From Candidatus Nealsonbacteria bacterium CG08_land_8_20_14_0_20_36_22 (lineage in GTDB: Bacteria > Patescibacteriota > Minisyncoccia > Minisyncoccales > GWA2-38-27), in NCBI GenBank assembly GCA_002774555.1, contig PEYC01000017.1:1-30231 (forward strand): a stretch of 30,231 nucleotides of DNA. The letters run 5' to 3'. Positions 25,026-30,231 of the stretch are shown piece by piece; positions within the stretch are counted from its first letter, which is position 1, and each line of letters begins with the position of its first letter. The notes beneath the pieces are model-generated. The model had not been told where the DNA came from. It saw only the letters and a list, made by a program, of their open reading frames with translations, and ran no database searches. The translations under genes were made by a program, and so were the position numbers.

Positions 25026-25574
25026 TTACTTGCGCACGGCAGCGAAACGCCAGTCCCCACCCCAACCACCCTCGAACCAAAGGAGGTGCAGGAGGCGCTC
25101 ATCGCTAAACCAGTTCAGATACGGCACGAGGCGGCTGCTAACCGGATCCTGCCAGACAGAACCAAGAGCAACAATCGGAAATTGCTTTTGCAGTCCAGGA
25201 TAAGCCGCGCCGAGAGCCAACAATTCCTCTATTCTAGCGGGACGGAAGCCCTGCTTTTCCATTTCGGCAATGGCGTCGCCAGAAGAAATGTTCTTTCCGA
25301 AACAGAAAAGAACGATTTCCTCTTCTTGCTTACCGCTCCCAGCAATTGGAAAATGTTCCTGAGTGATATCGTTGTTCACCCAGCCGTAGTTGCCAGCTTT
25401 GATCATTTGGGCAAGGGTTTGACTATAGTCAACTATAACCATGGATGTTTGTCGTTGATTTTCCATCTCTTTGCCCACCAGTTCGCCTGATAGCAACTTA
25501 TTGACGCCATTCATTCCGCCCAATTTGTTAACAACTGCTTCAATCTGCCCCAATGTTAATTCTCCGTACTTCAT
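25026..25574 (-). CDS. DGR target protein with C-terminal variable region (probable CLec-like fold)
   Basis: VR encodes the C-terminal GSVWQDPVSSRLVPYLNWFSDERLLHLLWFEGGWGGDWRFAAVRK; start ATG 25574 (or 25583); fold inferred from DGR knowledge. Confidence 0.88.
   Translation of the reverse strand: MKYGELTLGQIEAVVNKLGGMNGVNKLLSGELVGKEMENQRQTSMVIVDYSQTLAQMIKAGNYGWVNNDITQEHFPIAGSGKQEEEIVLFCFGKNISSGDAIAEMEKQGFRPARIEELLALGAAYPGLQKQFPIVALGSVWQDPVSSRLVPYLNWFSDERLLHLLWFEGGWGGDWRFAAVRK
25030..25165 (-). repeat. DGR variable repeat (VR)
   Basis: 118/136 identical to TR; all 18 differences are at TR adenines (9 A>G, 6 A>T, 3 A>C). Confidence 0.96.
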
Positions 25575-25682
25575 AATACACATCCTTTCCCGGCTTTTTG
25601 CCGAAAAAATTCCCTCTGCCCGAGGTTTTAGGGGTCGCTAAATGCGACAATTTGTTTTATAAAAGAACACTACTCTGTCCTA

Positions 25683-25712
25683 ATTATACCATATCATCTT
25701 GCTACTTGTCAA
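25683..25712 (-). promoter_or_regulatory. Consensus sigma70 promoter upstream of the DGR target gene
   Basis: Minus strand TTGACA-N18-TATAAT with extended TGn. Confidence 0.7.
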
Positions 25713-25722
25713 GCTCTTACAT

Positions 25723-26833
25723 CCTGAATTCAACCTGCAAGCGCAACACTTGGCATATTAATGCTAATGTTAAAACGATTCAATTTTTTTGAAAACATTT
25801 CTAAGGGTGTCTTCCAGCCGAGCCGTTTTCTGGGCCGGTGGTTAAGGTTGTTCTCAACTTCTTGTATTTCCTCGTCAGATATCATAGTAAAATCTGTTTT
25901 CTTTGGAAATAAATCTCTGATTAAGCCATTGGTATTCTCGTTGGTCCCTCTTTCCCAGGAATGATAAGCATGAGCAAAGAAACATTTAAACCCTGTTCTC
26001 TTTTCGAGCTCTTCCCATTTTTGATTTTCAAAGCCGTTATCAAAGGTAGCTGTTTGTTTCAGTCTTTGGGGTAGATTTTTAACCCTGCTTTCTATTGCCA
26101 GAACGGTGGCTTCGCTGCTTTTATCTCTTAATTTGGTGATAAGCACTAATCCTGTTTTTCTCTCAACAAACGTGTTAATTCCAGGTTTATGATCTTTTGA
26201 TTCAACTGTGTCTGACTCCCAGTCGCCTATACGAATTCTATCACTAACAATCATAGGGCGTAAATCAATAGATAATCCTTTAACAGTTGAAGATGTTCTC
26301 TGACAGCGTCTCATTCCTTTATGGGTTCTACGTTTCTTCTTTCTTCTTAAGTAGGGCCTTAAATCCTCATAACCAGGCTTCAACAATCCCCAGCCATTTC
26401 TGTGTATTTGATGATATATGAATCGGTATATTGCTTCGTGAGATATGGAATAACCGGGCAAGTCTTCTTTAATCCTGCCTGCTATCTGCTCTGGCGATGT
26501 TCTCTTCTTTAATTCTCGTATCACATAAGCTCTGATAGTGTCATTCTTTAATCTTTCTGTTCTGCCTCTTAAGCCTCTCTTTTTTAAGGCTCTTTCATGA
26601 GCTGCTCTGGGAATATATCTTCGTCTCCCAAGAGAATCCAGATTCCTCTTAATTTCTCTGGACACAGAAGAAGGTGAACGACCTAATGCCGCGGCAATGG
26701 TTCTGATTGAGGTTTTTTGCCACAACATCTCTTGTATTCTCTCCCTTTCCTCAACCGTAAAATGTGTATATTTCATATCACTTTGATAATACATTATTTT
26801 ATCAAAGTGTTGCACTTACTTGTTGAACTAACG
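25723..26833 (-). mobile_element. IS30-family insertion sequence, 1111 bp, 3-bp target duplication (CAT)
   Basis: Imperfect terminal IRs CCTGAATTCAACCTGCAAGCGCAACACTT / CGTTAGTTCAACAAGTAAGTGCAACACTT (core 19/23); CAT at 25720-22 and 26834-36. Confidence 0.9.
25730..26776 (-). CDS. IS30-family DDE transposase
   Basis: HTH IAAALGRSPSSVSREIKRN, SPEQIAGR, ISHEAIY, GDWESDT, TFDNG, WERGTNENTNGLIR; stop codon lies within the terminal IR. Confidence 0.95.
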   Translation of the reverse strand: MKYTHFTVEERERIQEMLWQKTSIRTIAAALGRSPSSVSREIKRNLDSLGRRRYIPRAAHERALKKRGLRGRTERLKNDTIRAYVIRELKKRTSPEQIAGRIKEDLPGYSISHEAIYRFIYHQIHRNGWGLLKPGYEDLRPYLRRKKKRRTHKGMRRCQRTSSTVKGLSIDLRPMIVSDRIRIGDWESDTVESKDHKPGINTFVERKTGLVLITKLRDKSSEATVLAIESRVKNLPQRLKQTATFDNGFENQKWEELEKRTGFKCFFAHAYHSWERGTNENTNGLIRDLFPKKTDFTMISDEEIQEVENNLNHRPRKRLGWKTPLEMFSKKLNRFNISINMPSVALAG

Positions 26834-28345
26834 CATCTTCTCCGGGGCTGAAATCCCCAGTAAATCTAAAGTGTTTTTGAGAACAATTTTTGTGGCTGAT
26901 ATTAAAGCAAACCGGGCTTTACTTAATTCTTTATCTTCGGAAATCACCCGGCAGTTTTCGTAAAATTGGTGAAAAGCGTCAGCTAACTGAACTACATACT
27001 GAGGAATTCTCTGAACTTGAAAATCTTTAGCAGTATCTTCAATAATTTCCGGAAACCTAATCAATTGTTTAATCAAATTCAACTCGCTCGGATGATTTAA
27101 TAATTGAAAATTGAAAATTGAAAATTGAAAATTATTTTGCGCTTTGCGCAAAATGCTTGATACCCTCGCATAAGCATATTGGACATAATAAACCGGATTT
27201 TTCTCTGACTGTTCTTTTGCCAAATCCATATCAAAATTCAAATGACTATCGGGACTTCTCGTTAAAAAGAAAAATCTAGCAACATCTAAACCAACTTCAT
27301 CTATTAATTCTTCGAGCCCCACATAATTACCGGTTCTTTTTGACATTTTAAATTCCTGGCCCTCTTTAAAAAGCTTAACTAACTGCATTAAAACAACAGT
27401 TAATTGTTCTTTTTTATATCCTAATGCCTCTGCCGCTGCTTTTAATCTGGCGATATAACCATAATGGTCAGCTCCCCAAAAGAAAATCAGCTTATCAAAA
27501 CCGCGCTCAAATTTGTTTTTCAAATAAGCAATATCCGAAGCAAAATAGGTTTTCTCGCCATCTGCTTTCACCAACACTCTATCTTTATCATCTCTAAATT
27601 CAGTTGATTTAAACCACAAGGCGCCGTCTTTTTCATAAGCTAATTTCTTTTTTTTCAGCCAATTTAAAATTTTATCAACTTCTTTGTTTTTATACAGATT
27701 TTTTTCCGAAAACCAAACATCAAATTTAATTTTTAGCTTTTTAGTGATAAATTTTTGATTTTCTTTTTGAATTTGTAGGGCTGTTCTCTTTTCTCCTTTG
27801 TAAAACCCTTTTTTCAGAGCTTCTATTTGTTTACCCCGATCATTAATATAGTATTCACGGCATATCTTATATCCTGCTTTTTTAAAAACATTTGCCAAAA
27901 CATCTCCGCAAAATCCTCCCCGGCCGTTCCCCAAAGTTAAAGGACCTGTGGGATTGGCCGAAATAAACTCTATATTTACCCTGTTAAATCCGCCTTTGGC
28001 GGTGTCCCGCTGAAAGCGGGACAATTTAACAGGGTGAATTTTTTGCCCAAATTTTTCCTTTTCTTTTAAAATCTCCCCAACCTGTTTTTGTAAATATTCT
28101 TTTGAAATAAAAAAGTTAATAAACCCCGGTTTAACAATCTCTATTTTTTCGATAATACTGCTTTTTATTCTTGATTTTATCATTTCTGCTATTCTCATCG
28201 ACTCCTTTCCCGTCACCATTGCAACATTCGTCGCACAATCCCCATACTCTTTCCCCCTCGGCTGTTCAACCAAAATCTCGGAAACCTTGTACCCAAGCTC
28301 TTTAATCGCTTTTTCTATTAATTTCCCGATCTCTTCTCTAACCAT
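26828..28345 (-). CDS. argS: Arginyl-tRNA synthetase
   Basis: EFISANPTGP, TYFASDIAY, WGADHYGY, KMSKRTG, NPVYYVQYAYAR, GISAPEKM. Confidence 0.95.
   Translation of the reverse strand: MVREEIGKLIEKAIKELGYKVSEILVEQPRGKEYGDCATNVAMVTGKESMRIAEMIKSRIKSSIIEKIEIVKPGFINFFISKEYLQKQVGEILKEKEKFGQKIHPVKLSRFQRDTAKGGFNRVNIEFISANPTGPLTLGNGRGGFCGDVLANVFKKAGYKICREYYINDRGKQIEALKKGFYKGEKRTALQIQKENQKFITKKLKIKFDVWFSEKNLYKNKEVDKILNWLKKKKLAYEKDGALWFKSTEFRDDKDRVLVKADGEKTYFASDIAYLKNKFERGFDKLIFFWGADHYGYIARLKAAAEALGYKKEQLTVVLMQLVKLFKEGQEFKMSKRTGNYVGLEELIDEVGLDVARFFFLTRSPDSHLNFDMDLAKEQSEKNPVYYVQYAYARVSSILRKAQNNFQFSIFNFQLLNHPSELNLIKQLIRFPEIIEDTAKDFQVQRIPQYVVQLADAFHQFYENCRVISEDKELSKARFALISATKIVLKNTLDLLGISAPEKMR
27104..27133. 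repeat. Heptamer microsatellite (TTGAAAA)4TT inside argS
   Basis: Direct count; encodes NFQFSIFNFQ. Confidence 0.85.
27978..28035. repeat. Composite inverted repeat, family B, in frame in argS
   Basis: ACCCTGTTAAAT/ATTTAACAGGGT enclosing CCGCC-TTT-GGCGG and TGTCCCGCT-GAA-AGCGGGACA. Confidence 0.8.
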
Positions 28346-28386
28346 TATTTCCAGTTTACCTTATTTTTTGCTAAAATAAAAGAATT

Positions 28387-28836
28387 ATGAAGGTTCTAAC
28401 TGAAAATAAAAAGGCCTATTTTGATTATCAAATCCTGGAAAAGTTTGATGCAGGATTGGTTTTACTTGGAACTGAGGTAAAGTCAATAAAATTGGGTAGG
28501 ATAAATTTGGCAGGTTCTTATGTTGTATTTAAGGGCGAGGAATTATATCTTATTGGCGCTAAAATTCCTCCTTATCAGCCCAAAAACGCGCCCCCGGATT
28601 ACGAACCGGAACGTTCTCGCAAGCTTCTTCTAAATAAAGCCGAGATAAAAAAATTAATCGGTAAAACCAAACAAAAAGGTTTGACTCTAATACCCTTGAA
28701 GGTTTATACTAAACATGCTAAAATAAAGCTTGAATTCGGGATAGGCCGCGGTAAAAAGAAGATTGATAAAAGAGAGTCAATTAAAAAACGGGAGGCAGAA
28801 CGGGAAATCCAAAGAGAGTTAAAATCACGGGGATGA
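28387..28836 (+). CDS. smpB: SsrA-binding protein
   Basis: NKKAYFDY, AGLVLLGTEVKSIK, RSRKLLL, GKKKIDKR. Confidence 0.97.
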   Translation: MKVLTENKKAYFDYQILEKFDAGLVLLGTEVKSIKLGRINLAGSYVVFKGEELYLIGAKIPPYQPKNAPPDYEPERSRKLLLNKAEIKKLIGKTKQKGLTLIPLKVYTKHAKIKLEFGIGRGKKKIDKRESIKKREAEREIQRELKSRG

Positions 28837-29182
28837 AAAGTTTTGATAGAGGTCTTCGTCAAAATAAAGCAGGCCGAGATCTCCGACTCTCGAAAATAAT
28901 CGGAAAAGAAAAATAAGTGCCAACTTATTTAACAAACAACCTGTTTTAGCATACGCTTAAAGCAGCATCGGAAATAACGATTCTCGATAGTTAAATTCCG
29001 GTGTCATAATATCGAGATAGATAATTCTTCTCGCCCAAAAAGAATTATTAAAAATAATTGGGATTAGAAAATTAAAATTTTGTTTGTTTTTTATCTAATT
29101 TTCGAAATACAAAACAAAATAAGCCTGTAGTATTATTTTGGCGAAACTTCTAGACGGGGCTTCAACGCCCCCATCTCCACCA
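28829..29182 (+). ncRNA. ssrA: tmRNA; tag ANLFNKQPVLAYA (28919-28960)
   Basis: 5' GGGGATG pairs with 3' CATCTCC-ACCA including the G3-U70 pair; resume context ATAAGT-GCC; lies next to smpB. Confidence 0.93.
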
Positions 29183-29202
29183 ATTAAAATTATTTTTCAA
29201 AA

Positions 29203-29721
29203 ATTTTGTACAAACGGACTTTCATAAACAATCAAATAAGAGCGAGGGAAGTAAGAGTAATTGATGAGACTGGAAAACAGTTGGGAATTTTATTTAAAGA
29301 AAAAGCTATCCAAATAGCCAGGGAGCGAGGTTTTGACTTAATCCAGGTTACTGAAAAGGTGGAGCCGCCGGTTTGCAAATTATTGGATTACGGAAAATAT
29401 TTATATAATCTCCAAAAAAAAGAAAAAGCGGCCAAACATCACAAAACTGGCGAGCTTAAGGGAATAAGATTAACTTTTGGGATTTCAGAGCATGATTTAG
29501 AAACAAGAGTGAACCAATCAGAAAAATTTTTAAAAAAAGGAAATAAGGTTAGAATAGAAATGGCATTAAAAGGAAGACAAAGGTCAAAAGCACTAGAAGG
29601 TTTTGCTAAAGAAAAATTTAAAAAATTCCTGGAGACATTAGAAAAATTAGTCCCAATAAAAATTGAAAGGGACTTAAAAAGAGAGTCAAGAGGATTAATA
29701 ATGATTATATCTAAAAGATAA
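29203..29721 (+). CDS. infC: Translation initiation factor IF-3 (non-AUG start, ATT 29203 or TTG 29206)
   Basis: INNQIRAREVRVI, DLIQV...PPVCKLLDYGKYLY, FLKKGNKV. Confidence 0.93.
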   Translation: MLYKRTFINNQIRAREVRVIDETGKQLGILFKEKAIQIARERGFDLIQVTEKVEPPVCKLLDYGKYLYNLQKKEKAAKHHKTGELKGIRLTFGISEHDLETRVNQSEKFLKKGNKVRIEMALKGRQRSKALEGFAKEKFKKFLETLEKLVPIKIERDLKRESRGLIMIISKR

Positions 29722-29808
29722 TAATGCCAATCTACGAATGATATGCCAATAACGCGAATAATTTGCGTCATTGGTATAAAATTCGCATGATATTGGCGTT
29801 ATATTTTT

Positions 29809-29991
29809 ATGAAAACAAGAAAATCAATTAAAAAACGTTTTAAAATTACTAAAACCGGTAAAGTTCTGAGAAGAGCAACCGGACAAGACCATTATCAGGC
29901 AAAAAAATCAGGGAAGAAAAAAAGAAAAATGCGAAAATGGATAGAGGTCTCAAAACCAGAAGCTAAAAAAATAAAGCAACTGCTTCACTAA
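29809..29991 (+). CDS. rpmI: 50S ribosomal protein L35
   Basis: MKTRKSIKKRFKITKTGK; position between infC and rplT. Confidence 0.92.
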   Translation: MKTRKSIKKRFKITKTGKVLRRATGQDHYQAKKSGKKKRKMRKWIEVSKPEAKKIKQLLH

Positions 29992-29992
29992 T

Positions 29993-30231
29993 ATGGTTAG
30001 AGTTAAACGAGGAAAAACAGCTCACAGACGGAGAAAAAATTTGTTGAAACACACAAAGGGTTTTCGCTGGGGAAGAAAATCAAAATATCGCCTCGCCAAA
30101 GAGGCCTTGCTTCATGCCTGGAAATATGCTTACCGAGACAGAAGAACCAAAAAAAGAGAGTTCAGAAAACTTTGGCAAATTCAAATCAATGCTGCCTGCC
30201 GAGAACAAGGTTTATCTTACAGCCGTTTTAT
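29993..30231 (+). CDS. rplT: 50S ribosomal protein L20 (runs off the window)
   Basis: MVRVKRG...KGFRWGRK...AYRDRRTKKREFRKLWQIQINAA. Confidence 0.95.
   Translation, partial: MVRVKRGKTAHRRRKNLLKHTKGFRWGRKSKYRLAKEALLHAWKYAYRDRRTKKREFRKLWQIQINAACREQGLSYSRF

Larger units (their letters stand above)
23035..25712. mobile_element. Diversity-generating retroelement (RT + Avd + TR + VR-bearing target and its promoter)
   Basis: All core components are present, and the TR/VR mismatches fall only at TR adenines. Confidence 0.96.

Noticed and set aside
24607-25490. ORFs 24607-24843(+), 24875-25108(+), 24902-25102(-), 25086-25490(+), 25598-25792(+)
   Set aside because: They overlap TR, VR, hairpins or the target antisense, and have no recognisable motifs or good start signals.
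23035-26833. Composite transposon in which IS30 mobilises the DGR
   Set aside because: Only one IS copy, and its target duplication flanks the IS alone.
841-29182. Integrated element bounded by a duplicated tRNA-Leu or tmRNA 3' end
   Set aside because: No second copy of either 3' end and no integrase seen in the window.
457-29771. The many 60-135 aa ORFs antisense or frame-shifted within housekeeping genes
   Set aside because: Shadow ORFs fully overlapping well-supported genes.
1-30231. Alternative genetic code (TGA = Gly, as in Gracilibacteria/Absconditabacteria)
   Set aside because: TGA ends glyA, smpB, avd and the transposase at expected positions, and conserved genes are intact under code 11.
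1-30231. A second VR/target for the TR within the window
   Set aside because: No other match to the TR's invariant segments was found by eye; remote targets elsewhere in the genome remain possible.

Overview
AT-rich bacterial chromosomal window, mostly minus-strand housekeeping genes. Gene content and style suggest a Patescibacteria/CPR (Parcubacteria-like) genome; this is inference, not a database result. It holds five aminoacyl-tRNA synthetases (leuS, metG, glyS, ileS, argS), glyA-folD, tsaC, iorAB, tatD, recO, smpB-tmRNA, infC-rpmI-rplT, tRNA-Leu(CAA), an AbiEii-like nucleotidyltransferase pair and an orphan accA. The main accessory element is a complete diversity-generating retroelement (DGR) at about 23.0-25.7 kb: RT, Avd-like accessory gene, a 136-nt template repeat (TR) and a target gene whose variable repeat (VR) differs from TR at 18 positions, all TR adenines. 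Its layout is unusual: avd lies antisense between TR and RT, and a C9 tract between the divergent avd and RT starts could switch avd in or out of frame. An IS30 element sits between the last sense codon and the stop codon of argS (3-bp target duplication), next to the DGR target promoter. Housekeeping proteins carry several in-frame insertions derived from short palindromic repeats and heptamer microsatellites.
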